Positions 16,521-28,000 of a stretch of DNA of 64,000 nt are shown here, piece by piece. The number at the start of each line of letters is the position of its first letter. Position 1 is the stretch's first letter. This stretch comes from an uncultured Bacilli bacterium (lineage in GTDB: Bacteria > Bacillota_I > Bacilli_A > RFN20 > CAG-826). The stretch lies in contig CAKVCX010000001.1 in the NCBI GenBank assembly GCA_934725985.1, positions 815,963 through 879,962 of the forward strand, given 5' to 3'. Under the pieces are notes generated by a model that had not been told where the DNA came from, ran no database searches, and was given only the letters and a program-made list of their open reading frames with translations. Both the position numbers and the translations under genes were made by a program.

Positions 16521-17920
16521 AAAAATTTTTGGATGAAGATTTTCTTTTAAACAATAAAGTTGGTCTAGAACTTTACCAAAATTATGCAAAAGATGAACCT
16601 ATTTTTGATTATCATAATCATTTAAACGCTAAAGAGATATACGAAGATAAAAAATTCGATACCATTACCGATCTTTGGCTAATCGATGATGAAAAGCATG
16701 GCGACCATTATAAATGGAGGCTTATGAGGGCTAATGGGGTAGATGAATTTTTCATAACTGGGGACGCTAGTAAAAAAGAAAAATTTATTAAATGGATAGA
16801 GACTTTATCTATTTCCGTTGGCAATCCATTACATCATTGGTCGAATTTGGAATTAAAAAAATATTTTGGAGTCAATGAACCTATCAAGGGAATAGATGCA
16901 TCTAAATATTACGATATATTGAATGATAAACTTGATAAGTTAACGGTAAGAAAAATATTAGAAATGTCTAATGTTAAAGTATTGGCTACTACTAATGATC
17001 CAAGTGAATCGCTTGAATATCATCATAAATTAAAAGAAGAAAATTATTCTATTAAAGTAGTCCCAACCTTTAGGCCAGATAAGGCGACAAATGTCTATGG
17101 TGAAGGTTATTTGGACTATTTAAAAATTCTTTCTAATGTTTCTAATATTGAAATCAATAGCTATTCCTCTTTATTAAAAGCATTAGAGAATCGGCTTCTT
17201 TTCTTTAAAGAAATGGGCTCATTTATTTGTGATCATTCAATCGAGGATATGGTTTATTTTAGTCTAAGCGATGAAGAAAAGAATAACCTCTTTAACTTGA
17301 TTCTAGAAAATAAAGAAGTGCCAGATAATGATAAGTTAAACCTAAAGATGAACATGATTAAAGATTTGGCTAAGCTTTATCATAAATACGGATTTGCTTT
17401 GCAGTTTCATCTAAAGGCAACTAGAAACAATTCTAGACGTAACTTTTTGCGCATAGGTCCTGATTCTGGCTTTGATGCTATAAATGATCAAAATATCATT
17501 AAGCCACTTTCTAGATTCTTTTCTGATTTAGACGAAAGCGAAGAATTGCCAAAAATAATTCTTTATTCTTTAGATAATAATGATTTGCCTTTACTTGCCG
17601 CCCTTGGGTATTGTTTTCAAGATGGCATTATTCCTGGAAAGATTCAAATTGGCCCGGCTTGGTGGTTTAATGACACAAAAGTGGGTATGGAAAAGCAATT
17701 AGAAGTCATATCAAATTTGGGGCTTCTTTCAAAATTTATTGGTATGGTTACCGATTCTAGAAGTTTCTTAAGCTTTGCTCGACATGATTATTTTAGAAGG
17801 GTGCTTTGCAACTATATAGGCTCGTTAGTCGAAGATGGTGAAATCCCTTTTGATATGGACATGTTAGGAAAATTGATTAAGGGCATTTGCTTTGACAATG
17901 CTTTAAATTATTTTAAATAA
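16517..17920 (+). CDS. uxaC: Glucuronate (uronate) isomerase
   Basis: Near-collinear match to E. coli UxaC along the length: FLDEDFLL, PIFDYHNHL, HYKWR, GNPLHHWS, ILYSLDNND, GPAWWFNDTK, DSRSFLSFARHDYFRR. Confidence 0.9.
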   Translation: MKKFLDEDFLLNNKVGLELYQNYAKDEPIFDYHNHLNAKEIYEDKKFDTITDLWLIDDEKHGDHYKWRLMRANGVDEFFITGDASKKEKFIKWIETLSISVGNPLHHWSNLELKKYFGVNEPIKGIDASKYYDILNDKLDKLTVRKILEMSNVKVLATTNDPSESLEYHHKLKEENYSIKVVPTFRPDKATNVYGEGYLDYLKILSNVSNIEINSYSSLLKALENRLLFFKEMGSFICDHSIEDMVYFSLSDEEKNNLFNLILENKEVPDNDKLNLKMNMIKDLAKLYHKYGFALQFHLKATRNNSRRNFLRIGPDSGFDAINDQNIIKPLSRFFSDLDESEELPKIILYSLDNNDLPLLAALGYCFQDGIIPGKIQIGPAWWFNDTKVGMEKQLEVISNLGLLSKFIGMVTDSRSFLSFARHDYFRRVLCNYIGSLVEDGEIPFDMDMLGKLIKGICFDNALNYFK

Positions 17921-17931
17921 AGGAGAAAAAT

Positions 17932-18537
17932 ATGAACGTAGTTGAAAAAATAGAGGAAATAAAAATCGTTCCTGTCGTCGTCATTAATAATATTGATGAA
18001 ACACTTCCTTTAATGGATAGTTTGGTTAAGGGTGGAGTTCCTGTTGCCGAGATTACTTTTAGGACAAGCTGTGCAAAAGAGGCAATTAAATTAGCTATAA
18101 GCAAATATCCAGATGCTATTATTGGAGCTGGAACTGTCATTAATAAAGAACAATGCAAGCAAGCTATAGAAGTTGGAGCGAAATTTATTGTATCTCCTGG
18201 ATTATCAAAAGAAGTATTCGAAGTTTGCAAAGAGAATAATGTCCCTTATGTTCCTGGAGTAGTGACGCCAACTGAAATTATGGAAGCAATTTCTTTAGGA
18301 CTAGACCATTTAAAATTCTTTCCGGCGGGTGTATTTGGGGGACTAAAAGCTATTAAGGCTTTATCAGCCGCTTTCCCTTCCATTAAATTCATGCCTACTG
18401 GCGGGGTAGATTTATCTAATCTTGCCGAATTCGCCTCTAATAAAAAAATATTTGCAATCGGTGGTTCCTTTTTAACAAAGGGTGATATAGTCTCTAATTG
18501 CCAACAAGCCGTTAAAATAATTAAGGAGAGTAAATAA
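17932..18537 (+). CDS. eda: 2-dehydro-3-deoxy-phosphogluconate (KDPG) aldolase
   Basis: KDPG-aldolase family motifs: IVPVVVINNIDETLPL, VAEITFRTSCA and GAGTVIN. Size 201 aa. Confidence 0.85.
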   Translation: MNVVEKIEEIKIVPVVVINNIDETLPLMDSLVKGGVPVAEITFRTSCAKEAIKLAISKYPDAIIGAGTVINKEQCKQAIEVGAKFIVSPGLSKEVFEVCKENNVPYVPGVVTPTEIMEAISLGLDHLKFFPAGVFGGLKAIKALSAAFPSIKFMPTGGVDLSNLAEFASNKKIFAIGGSFLTKGDIVSNCQQAVKIIKESK

Positions 18538-18538
18538 C

Positions 18539-19561
18539 ATGGCTAAAATAGTTACATTCGGGGAAATAATGTTAAGACTTTCTTCCCCTTCTTATTCTCG
18601 TCTAATTCAATCCCAACAATTCGATGTCCATTATGGAGGTGGAGAAGCTAATGTCGCAGTTAGCTTAGCTAATTATGGCCATGAAGCCTATTTCGTTAGC
18701 AAACTTCCTTCTAACCCATTAGGAGATGCCGCGGTTAATTCGCTTAGAAAATATGGTGTTGATACTTCTTATATTTCTAGAGGTGGCGAAAGACTTGGCA
18801 TTTATTATCTAGAAACCGGTGCTTCCATGCGTGCTTCTAATGTAGTCTATGATAGAAAATATTCTTCTATTTATGAAGCTTGCGCTGAAGATTTTGATTT
18901 CGATGAGATTTTTAAAGGCAAGGATTGGTTTCATTTCACAGGCATCACACCGGCTTTAAATGATAATGTTGCTCATTTAGTAGAATTAGCTTGCATTGCC
19001 GCTAAAAAGGCTGGTTGCACTATTTCTTGCGATTTGAATTTCAGGAAGAAACTATGGACTAGCGAAAAAGCTATTTCCGTTATGTCTAAGTTAATGAAGT
19101 ATGTTGATGTTTGCATTGGCAATGAAGAAGATGCCGATAAGTGTCTTGGTTTTAAACCAGAATCAACCGATGTAAGTAAAGGCACTTTAAATATTGGGGG
19201 CTATGAAAGCATATTTAAACAAATGAAAGAAAAATTCGGCTTTAAATATATTGCTACTTCCTTAAGGGAATCCATCTCTGCAAGCGACAATAATTGGAGT
19301 GGCTTAATTTATGATGGAACTAATTTCCATTTATCAAAGAAATATTCTGTAAGGATTGTCGATCGAGTCGGTGCAGGAGATTCTTTTGCAGCAGGTGTCA
19401 TTCATGGGTTGCTCGAATATAAAGATGCTGCTAAAGCCGTTGAATTTGCAGTAGCCGCCAGTGCTTTAAAACATACAATACCTGGAGACTTTAACCATGT
19501 AAACAAGGTTGAAGTGGAAACCTTGATGAATGGAGATGGGTCCGGAAGAGTTCAAAGGTAA
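18539..19561 (+). CDS. kdgK: 2-dehydro-3-deoxygluconokinase (PfkB family)
   Basis: PfkB motifs: IVTFGEIMLRLSSP, GGGEANVAVSLANYG and DRVGAGDSFAAG. It follows eda by 1 nt. Confidence 0.85.
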   Translation: MAKIVTFGEIMLRLSSPSYSRLIQSQQFDVHYGGGEANVAVSLANYGHEAYFVSKLPSNPLGDAAVNSLRKYGVDTSYISRGGERLGIYYLETGASMRASNVVYDRKYSSIYEACAEDFDFDEIFKGKDWFHFTGITPALNDNVAHLVELACIAAKKAGCTISCDLNFRKKLWTSEKAISVMSKLMKYVDVCIGNEEDADKCLGFKPESTDVSKGTLNIGGYESIFKQMKEKFGFKYIATSLRESISASDNNWSGLIYDGTNFHLSKKYSVRIVDRVGAGDSFAAGVIHGLLEYKDAAKAVEFAVAASALKHTIPGDFNHVNKVEVETLMNGDGSGRVQR

Positions 19562-19562
19562 G

Positions 19563-21485
19563 TTATTTTTCCCAGCTCATTGAGTTTCCAGAAGTTACAA
19601 TATAAGCTTTATCCTTTTGCTTAACTTTATTAATATTTAGGGTTTCTTCTAAGGAGTTTGATTTTACTAAAAGATGGTTAACGCCATCTTTTAATTTTAT
19701 TTTGCATTTAAAAATATGTGACCCGTGTATTGTTTTAATTAATTTATTGTTTAGATAAACTTCAACGAAACTAGAGGTATTGTTGTATACCTTTATTAAA
19801 GTTCTTCTTTCATGTCTATTGATGTAGCGTTTGCCGCAAAGATGAAATACTTTTTCTTTTGACCATACACATTTATAAGCATAGAATGCATCTTTTTTTA
19901 TTTTTCTATCGAATGTAACCAAACCTTTATGATTCATGCCTGGTTCTCCGCCTTGGTTTCTTCCATCGGCAGCAAAATCAAACATATTCCAAACGTATGT
20001 TCCCCATAAGTAATTATGTTTAGCAAAACATTTAATCATATAGTCATGATATTTGGCTTGGTATTCTTCCGAATTATCAAATCTTTTTCCTTCGTTTTTA
20101 GAATGAAGATTTGTCATTGCCTCGGCTCCATACTCACTATAGCCTAGGGCTCTATTTGGATGAAGGAAATGAAAGAATGAAATCCATAAATGATTTAAAA
20201 ACATGAAGGGCGTGTACCAGCCTAAGTATAGATTCCAAGCAACTACGTCTGTTACAAAAGCCGTTTTATTATTTGGACCTGCCATAGCAAAGCACGCTAA
20301 TGTGGTTAATCTATTTGGATCTAATTCATGAGCTAGCTTTTCTAGAGTTATATGTTCTTCCATCATCATTTTATTATTTGTTTTTTTCATGGTTATCTCG
20401 TTAGAAATACCCCAAAAACAAATGGAGGGGTGATGATATTGCTGAATAATTAATTCTTTCATTTGGCTATTCGCATTTTCACCCCCTTTTATTAGATGTT
20501 CTGATATATATGGAATTTCAGCCCATACCACAAATCCATACTTATCGCATAGGTCATAGAAATAATCATCGTGTTGATAATGGGCTAATCTAATCGTATT
20601 TGCCCCAACCTCTTTTATTAATTTAATATCTTCTTCATGGTCTTCTTTCAATAAACAGTTTCCTTTAATTGGTCTATCTTGATGACGGCTTACTCCTCTT
20701 AAAGGATAGAGTGTGCCATTTAAAAAGAAGCCTTTTTTTGGATCTACTTTAAAACTTCTAAAACCAATATTTTTTTCTATTTTGTCGACTATTGCGTTAT
20801 TTTTTATTAAATTTGCAACAATTTTATATAGATAAGGGTCTTTTATGCCGTTCCATAAATGAACGTTCTCTATTTCAACTTTTTTATTGTTTTCAAATTT
20901 CTTTACTAGGTTATTGTCTTTATCAAAAAGAGAAAAAGAAATTTCACAATCTTTTGGTGCGAATCCAATTGCCTCTATATAGGCTTTTTCTTTTTCTATG
21001 GTTGGCGTTACTTTTATTCCTGAACCACCAAAATAATCTAAATCAAAATGGTTCTTATTTAGAATTATTAGATTAACGTCTCTATATATTCCCCCGTAAA
21101 AAGTGAAATCTGCTTTTTGGGGATAAACATCATCTCTAGCAGCATTGCTTACCTCGACTTTTATTTGATTGACTTCATTTATGTATTTGCTTATTTCGCA
21201 CCTAAAGGTAGAGTAGCCACCTTTGTGTTCAATCAAACATTCCTCGTTAAAATAGACTTTGGCTTCGCTATTTACGCCTTTAAATTCAATGTAGGCTACT
21301 TCATCTTCATTTAGATTTATCTTGCCTATTGTTTTTTTATAAACGCAGCATCCGCGATAATAATCATTTCCCCCGTCTTGCCCATCTAATCCGTTCCAAG
21401 TATGCGGCAAGTTAACTTTGCTAGTCGATTTATCTTTTGAATAAAAAAATGACCAGTCTTTATTTAAATTAATTATTTTTCTCAT
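19563..21485 (-). CDS. Glycoside hydrolase family 2 (beta-glucuronidase/beta-galactosidase type)
   Basis: GH2 sugar-binding and TIM-barrel motifs: NLPHTWN, FRSFKVDPKKGFFLNGTLYPLRGVSRHQD, GANTIRLAHY and WGISNEI. Its stop is 1 nt from the convergent kdgK stop. Its start overlaps the AraC gene stop. Confidence 0.85.
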   Translation of the reverse strand: MRKIINLNKDWSFFYSKDKSTSKVNLPHTWNGLDGQDGGNDYYRGCCVYKKTIGKINLNEDEVAYIEFKGVNSEAKVYFNEECLIEHKGGYSTFRCEISKYINEVNQIKVEVSNAARDDVYPQKADFTFYGGIYRDVNLIILNKNHFDLDYFGGSGIKVTPTIEKEKAYIEAIGFAPKDCEISFSLFDKDNNLVKKFENNKKVEIENVHLWNGIKDPYLYKIVANLIKNNAIVDKIEKNIGFRSFKVDPKKGFFLNGTLYPLRGVSRHQDRPIKGNCLLKEDHEEDIKLIKEVGANTIRLAHYQHDDYFYDLCDKYGFVVWAEIPYISEHLIKGGENANSQMKELIIQQYHHPSICFWGISNEITMKKTNNKMMMEEHITLEKLAHELDPNRLTTLACFAMAGPNNKTAFVTDVVAWNLYLGWYTPFMFLNHLWISFFHFLHPNRALGYSEYGAEAMTNLHSKNEGKRFDNSEEYQAKYHDYMIKCFAKHNYLWGTYVWNMFDFAADGRNQGGEPGMNHKGLVTFDRKIKKDAFYAYKCVWSKEKVFHLCGKRYINRHERRTLIKVYNNTSSFVEVYLNNKLIKTIHGSHIFKCKIKLKDGVNHLLVKSNSLEETLNINKVKQKDKAYIVTSGNSMSWEK

Positions 21486-22273
21486 GCTTGCTTGTTACCC
21501 TTTCTTATCTTGCCACCCGGTGAAGTGTGGAATGTTTTGATATATAAACGATAAAAAGTTGAGTAATTTTCAAATGAATACATTTCGGCCACTTCATTTT
21601 TCTTTAAGCCAGAAAGAATATCGTTGTGCGCTGCAATAAGCTTTTTGGTCTTTACATATTTCATAATCGATATTTTCATATACTTTTTAAAATCATTGCA
21701 TATGTGGGAAGTCGAATAATTAAAGGTATCAGAAAGTCTTTCTAAGGTTATAGGTTCTTTTATGTGCTCGTCGATCCAATAGATTATTTTAGCTATTTGT
21801 TCATTATAAACGCTTTCGGTTTCGCTTTTATCGTTTACAAGGAATACTAATAATTTTAATAATTCCGATGTCATTAAAGTGTATATCTCTTCGTCACAAT
21901 AATTTCCTATATAGGAATCTAAACTTTTAAGAATGCTTGTGTATTTAGAAGCGTTTGTATAGAAAGTATCTGTATTTTTTAGTTTTTCTTGAAGGAAGGG
22001 CGGTATGAAGGAGTTATCAAATTTTAAAACGTAACGTTCATATTTTGCTTCGCTATTGACTTCGGCAAAATGATTTCTTCCAGGCTTTATGAATACTAAA
22101 TCCCCGTTATAGAGTTGTCTAGATTCTTCACCGACAATATACGTTACATCGCCTTTGACAAAAAACACTATCTCGTAGAAGTAATGTAAATGTTTTTCAT
22201 AGGCTTCAGATGGCTTCTTTGGCTCATCTACTTTGTGAGCGAAATCTATATTTCCGTATGCAAACTTAAACAT
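21482..22273 (-). CDS. AraC-family transcriptional regulator (cupin sensor plus AraC HTH), first gene of the araC-GH2 operon
   Basis: N-terminal cupin-like YFYEIVFFVKGDVTYIV and C-terminal HTH_AraC segment LSDTFNYSTSHICNDFKKYMKISIMKYVKTKKLIAA. Confidence 0.85.
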   Translation of the reverse strand: MFKFAYGNIDFAHKVDEPKKPSEAYEKHLHYFYEIVFFVKGDVTYIVGEESRQLYNGDLVFIKPGRNHFAEVNSEAKYERYVLKFDNSFIPPFLQEKLKNTDTFYTNASKYTSILKSLDSYIGNYCDEEIYTLMTSELLKLLVFLVNDKSETESVYNEQIAKIIYWIDEHIKEPITLERLSDTFNYSTSHICNDFKKYMKISIMKYVKTKKLIAAHNDILSGLKKNEVAEMYSFENYSTFYRLYIKTFHTSPGGKIRKGNKQA

Positions 22274-22474
22274 ATACTTAATTTACTTCCTATAAATAAA
22301 ACCACAATTAAATTAATAAAACATTACAATATTATTTTAAACATTTTTTAAATGATTTTGTATTTTTATTTCATTTTTTATTGTCTATTTTACAAATAAT
22401 CATTGCAATTTTTATTTCTTGCTAATTATTTTGGTTTTCTTTTACTAAACTCTATGCTAGAGGAATGTAAGTTT

Positions 22475-24601
22475 ATGAAGTTATTAAAATCAATCTTTGT
22501 ATCTACTCTTCTTGGCGGATTGGCAGTGCTCTCTTTTACCCAACTTGGTGTTTCGGGGGCTTTTGCACCAAACGAAGTTGATGATTCTAATCAAACAATC
22601 AAAGATTTCCGCTTCCAAGATCAAAATCTATTGCTGGTGATGGGCGAGAACTACACCTTAAAAATGCTAGACGCCCCTTCGGTAGTAAAAATAAAATTCG
22701 AAATTAGTAAAATTGGGGATAGCCAGGGAATTGAAGGAGACATAATAACCATTACTCGTGGTAGAGTTAACGCTAAGCAAGAAGGCAAAGTATTGGTTAA
22801 GGCAATTGATACTACCACCGGAGTAGAAGCAAGCTCTTCTTTAACAATTGAAGTAGTGGATTTAAGGATTTCCTTAGATCCGGAAATTAAAATTGATTTC
22901 AAAGGCAATAGAGAGCGGCAGCTTGAGGTATCCAATAATATAAATAGAACTCTAGAGTACTCCTTTAAGACAAGTAATTCGTCTGTAGCTACTGTTGATA
23001 ATAACGGTCTAATTTATGCCAAAGGAAAAGGTGAATGCGAAATTGAAGTATCGGCAATGGGGAAAAGCGCTACTTGCAAGGTTGTTGTAGATGCCCCTAA
23101 TGATTTCACCTTTGTCGAATATGGAAAAAAGGATGTCGTTAATAAAAATCCGGACACCTTCTTTTGTTACTATGACGAATATGACAAGCCCGATTTCTAT
23201 GAATCTTATTTCATGGATGATGAAGCTTTTTTACAAGTAAAAAACAAAAATACATCCAGGCAATTTAGCTTGCGTTACTTCCCAAAGAAAGAAGTAAATG
23301 ATTATGCGCTAGGCAATAAGGATGTTTTTGATTTAGAAACAATTATCAATGTTTCAGGATTAGAAGAAAGCAAAGAAGCTTATGTAAGAGTTGGCTTTCC
23401 TGATGGAAGCAAGTTTACTAGTAGAGTATTTAATGGAGCCAATACTTTATCATCTTCAGAATTAAAAAATGTTGCTTATTTGACTAACGGAAATCCTCTT
23501 TCATTCACCTTATTAAATAGCGAAATCGATGGTGATTATATGCAGGGAAGTTTCACTTTCTCTGTTAAAACCCCCCTTATAAAAAGAGGGCTAAAGATTT
23601 CTAATAAAACTGCAAAAATCGTTGGGATTGGAAATACTTTTAAGTTAAGTAGTGAAGAAACAGATATCAAATGGTCAATAAATGACGATAAAATCGCTTC
23701 AATTGACGGGGAAGGCATGATTACTTCTAAAATGGTAGGGAATACTTTTATTACCGCAACAAGCGAAGATGGTCGAATCGCTTATTGCGAATTGGAAGTT
23801 TTGCCAAGAGAAATCACTTTTGATAAAAAAGAATTTATTCTTTGCATAGATTCTTCTCTTGACCAAGGCAAAAACGTGGTTGTTAGTTATAAAATGGTTG
23901 GCGAGTTTACTTCTAGCCCAACAGTTAAAATAGAAGATGAAACTATTGCTTCATTTGATTCTAATACAAATACTATTACCGCTTTAAAAGAAGGCGTTAC
24001 CAATATAGTCATTAGTGCCGATGGGGCTAGCGATATCGCAACCATTTATTGTTTAGGCACTTCTTCTTTAGATTCAACCATTATGGAAAATGGTGAGTTC
24101 AAGCAAATTAAGGGAGATACAACTAAACCTGGTTGGGGCTGGGGTGGAGATAGGAAATATTATTCTTCCCTTTCCATAAAAGATGGGACTATTACTATGG
24201 AAGCCGATAAAGCTGCCATAGATAAAAGAAATTCCTATAAAAATGCTAAACAGCAGATACGACATTTATTTGCGGATCAGAATGAAGTTAGCTCATTATA
24301 TAGAGGACGTGTAGCGATTTTCTTTGAAATTAGTAACAATACATTTGATATAACTAGAGATATTAATAATAACATTGTTTCTACTGAATCAAATACTATG
24401 ACCCTCGGTGTAGAAATAACAGGTGGAACGAAGCTTCTTGGCAATAATGATAACGATTATACTGTCGAAATTTCTTCAGGGAATTCTTATATAGTTTCTT
24501 CTATTTTAGACATTACAGGGTCAGCCCTTTCTATAAAACTTGGAAAGTATGGAGAAGGAAGTATTTATATATCCAATATCCATTTCCTCTATCTGAATTA
24601 A
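22475..24601 (+). CDS. Secreted Big_2 (bacterial Ig-like group 2) repeat protein
   Basis: Signal peptide MKLLKSIFVSTLLGGLAVLSFTQLGVSGAFA; the start was moved to the ATG at 22475 with a GAGGAATG ribosome-binding site. There are at least three Big_2-like segments, for example TLEYSFKTSNSSVATVDNNGLIYAKGKGECEIEV and IKWSINDDKIASIDGEGMITSKMVGNTFITATSEDG. Confidence 0.7.
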   Translation: MKLLKSIFVSTLLGGLAVLSFTQLGVSGAFAPNEVDDSNQTIKDFRFQDQNLLLVMGENYTLKMLDAPSVVKIKFEISKIGDSQGIEGDIITITRGRVNAKQEGKVLVKAIDTTTGVEASSSLTIEVVDLRISLDPEIKIDFKGNRERQLEVSNNINRTLEYSFKTSNSSVATVDNNGLIYAKGKGECEIEVSAMGKSATCKVVVDAPNDFTFVEYGKKDVVNKNPDTFFCYYDEYDKPDFYESYFMDDEAFLQVKNKNTSRQFSLRYFPKKEVNDYALGNKDVFDLETIINVSGLEESKEAYVRVGFPDGSKFTSRVFNGANTLSSSELKNVAYLTNGNPLSFTLLNSEIDGDYMQGSFTFSVKTPLIKRGLKISNKTAKIVGIGNTFKLSSEETDIKWSINDDKIASIDGEGMITSKMVGNTFITATSEDGRIAYCELEVLPREITFDKKEFILCIDSSLDQGKNVVVSYKMVGEFTSSPTVKIEDETIASFDSNTNTITALKEGVTNIVISADGASDIATIYCLGTSSLDSTIMENGEFKQIKGDTTKPGWGWGGDRKYYSSLSIKDGTITMEADKAAIDKRNSYKNAKQQIRHLFADQNEVSSLYRGRVAIFFEISNNTFDITRDINNNIVSTESNTMTLGVEITGGTKLLGNNDNDYTVEISSGNSYIVSSILDITGSALSIKLGKYGEGSIYISNIHFLYLN

Positions 24602-24613
24602 GGAGGTAGCAAA

Positions 24614-25075
24614 ATGAAAGTATTAAAAAGTATCCTTACTTATATAAAAGAAACCATTACTAGTAAAAAAACAGGGTTTTATATTTCAATAAGTGCTGCA
24701 ATTTTGTGTTCAATATCTTCTTTTATATTTCAATTTCATTATAAAGGGACGGCTTATTATTCTTTAAATCCAACTATATATGCCGATGTAGGGCTGATTT
24801 TATTTGCTATTCTATCTTTGTTTAGAGTAACTTCTGCTGTTGGCGCGGCCTTACTAACCATATTCTCTTTTTTGTCCATGCTTTCTTTTATAAATGCTAC
24901 CTATATGTATTTTTCGGAATTATTTTTCTCAGGAATTTCTATGTCTGCTTTAAAAAGCATCGACAAAATGTATGTTGTTATCCTTGTTTTATATTTAATT
25001 GCCATCATTGCTTCAAATGTATCCGTTTATGTAAAGCAAAACAAAATCGAGGTTATTGACAATGAAAATAAATAA
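24614..25075 (+). CDS. Small polytopic membrane protein (4 TM), hypothetical, in an operon with the GH3 and GT2 genes
   Basis: A 153-aa ORF with four hydrophobic helices. It starts 12 nt after the upstream gene and overlaps the GH3 start by 20 nt. Confidence 0.5.
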   Translation: MKVLKSILTYIKETITSKKTGFYISISAAILCSISSFIFQFHYKGTAYYSLNPTIYADVGLILFAILSLFRVTSAVGAALLTIFSFLSMLSFINATYMYFSELFFSGISMSALKSIDKMYVVILVLYLIAIIASNVSVYVKQNKIEVIDNENK

Positions 25076-28000
25076 GTTTTTAAAAGCAGCAAAAATTGCT
25101 AGTAATATTTTGATTCCTCTTGCCGCCATTATGGTAGTCGTAAAAGAAATTACTTTCGCTAACGCCTCCGCAATAAATGATTTTCTTCACATTTCGACTC
25201 AAAAAATCATTGATGATGGAACTCAAGAAAAGAATATTTTCTATGATTCTAAATATAAAAATATTGATGATCTTAGAAAGTCTAGTGAACAAACTATAGA
25301 AGAAGTAATGGATGAAGGAATTACTTTGCTAAAGAATGAAAATAATGCCTTGCCATTAAGCAAAGGTAATTTGGTGTCTTTATACGGGGCTTCTAGTGTT
25401 GATTTAGTTATCACCGGTGGCGGTTCTTCTGGAAGTAATGTAAAAGCAGTAAAAAAAGCCATTAGCCTAAAAGACGGTTTAGCGGAATCTAATTTAAGTA
25501 TCAATGAAGATTTATGGAATTTTTATAAAGAAAATCCTAAATATTATCAAAAAGGGAAAATGGGAAACGATGCTTCTGGCAATCAAAACCAAGTGGGTTA
25601 TTATGAAGGCTATTATACAGTTGACGCCTCATGGGAAGAAATGCCAGAATCTAAAAACAATCAAGCTGATGCGGCCATTATGGTTTTAGGACGTACGGGT
25701 GGAGAAAATATTGATTTATTTAGAAATAAAGAAGAAGTTCTCACCGGTAATAAAAGCGTGGATGAAGTAAGCAAGACTATGTCTAGCTTTGATTATCTTA
25801 GATTATCGGATAATGAAATTAGTATTTTAAAAGGATTAAAAACCTTAAAGGATAACGGGAAAATTGGAAAAATAATCGTAGTGATGAATTCGGCCAATCA
25901 AATTCAATGTGATTTTGCTAATGATCCTTCTTATGGAATAGACTCCTTGCTTTGGATAGGCACTGCTAGTTCAGCTGGTACTCGATCCTTAGGGAAAATA
26001 TTAGTTGGTGACATTAACCCGTCCGGCCACCTTTCCGATACTTTTTGGTATGATCATTCTAAGAACCCCGTGTATGCTAATTTTGGTAATATTGTCTACA
26101 AGAATTCTAATGAACTGAATAAGTATAGAAATGGTGAAAATCAACGTTATACCGTTTATCAAGAAGGTATTTATAATGGCTATAGATACGTTGAAACTCG
26201 ATACGAAGACTCCATTTTAAAAGGCGATACATCTTTTAAATATGATAGTTGCGTTTCTTATCCTTTTGGGTATGGATTAAGTTATTCGAAATTTTCCTAT
26301 TCAAATATGAACGTTGATGTCTTAACTGATAATAATGAAACCATTTATTCAATTAGTGTTGATATTAAAAACGATGGTTTTGTCCCGGGGAAAGGAGTAG
26401 CAGAGCTTTATATTCAAAAGCCCTATACTTCCTATGATGTCCAATATAAAGTCGAAAAGCCTTCTGTGGAATTATCTGGTTTTGAAAAATCTAAACTATT
26501 AGAGCCGGGTGAAAGTCAAACCTTAACTATTAATGTCAAAGAAAAAGATTTGGCATCCTATGATTCTAATTATGCCCAAACTTATGTGATAGGATCTAAT
26601 AATCCTTCCGATTTATATCGCTTTACAATAGCTAGTGATGCCCATGAAGCAATAAACAATATTCTTTCTTCTAAAGGATATTCTTCTTCTAATGGAATGG
26701 ATAAGAACGGAAATGTAGATTTGGTCTGGTCGACATATATTGATTTCTCTGATTCTAAATATTATTCGAATTCTTTTATCGATAATGCTTTAGAGAATTC
26801 TAAAGAACGTTATGATGGAGATGATATTAATTTTGGAGTTGCTTTTATAACAAATCAATTTGATAAAGTAGACTTCCAAAAATATAGTGGTTTTGAAGCA
26901 GAGGAAAGAAATCAACCTTATATGTCTAGAAATGATTTTGATTCGACTTCTTTTAAAACGATTTCTTTAACCGCTTCTAGCAAACTAGCCAATGATCAAA
27001 AAACATATCAATTAAGCAAAGATACTATTCCTTACCCAACCTATGGGGCCTCCAATAACCTAAAACTATTGGATTTAAGGAACGATGAAGAAGGGAATTT
27101 AAGATCATATAACGATCCTTTATGGGATAAATTGCTCGACCAAATGAGTTTTGAGGAAACCGTTAATTTACTAAAAGATGGGCTAAGGGCTACTCAAACT
27201 GTTCCTTCTGCTGTAGCAAGCAAAACATTTCAACAAAATGGTGCAGTTGGCCCAGTTCAAGCTTATGGAAGCAATTCTAGTGGTTCTACATTCGAAGGTT
27301 GGGCTTCTTACTATCAGTCAGGTATTGGTGAATATCCTTCTATATTTCCATGTAACGGTATAGTTGCCGCCACTTTTAATAAGTCTTTAATTGAAGCTTT
27401 AGGAGAACAGTTAGGAGAAGAATGCTCCTGGGCTGGCTATAATGGAATTTACGGTCTAGGAATTAATTTGCATAGAGGCGCATATAACGGACGTGCTTTC
27501 GAATATTATTCCGAAGACCCATATTTAACCGGAATTTCTTCTGGATATGAAAGCAAAGGAATTCAATCCAAAGGTGTTTTTGTTATTTTAAAACATGCCC
27601 TTTTAAATGAACAAGAAAGCTATAGATATGGAATTTGCTCCTGGGCGAATGAACAAACTATCCGGGAATTATATTTAAAGCCGATTCAAATTTGTATTGA
27701 TACCGGCGATGAAGCCAAGATGCTTGGCATTATGACTGGATTAAATAGGCTTGGTGCTGTTTGGTCTGGCGCCCAAGGATTTACAAATACTGTTTTACGT
27801 GCTGAGTTCGGTATGAATGGATACATCATTTCTGATTTTTTCCAAAACTATATGTCTCCTGCTAATGGTTTACTATCCGGAAGCGATTTGCCTGATGGAA
27901 CAACGGGGGCCGGTGCTAATGTTAGCGAGACAAAAGATGGCATTTCCACCGATTTGAATCAATATAAAGACGGCTATGGAGAACTAGCGTGGGCTATGAG

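Noticed and set aside
19559-19565. Possible missing terminator or annotation error at the kdgK/GH2 junction
   Set aside because: Both reading frames are full length and family typical up to their stops. The 1-nt separation is real in this sequence, not a frameshift artefact. It is kept as an observation about convergent transcription rather than a pseudogene call.
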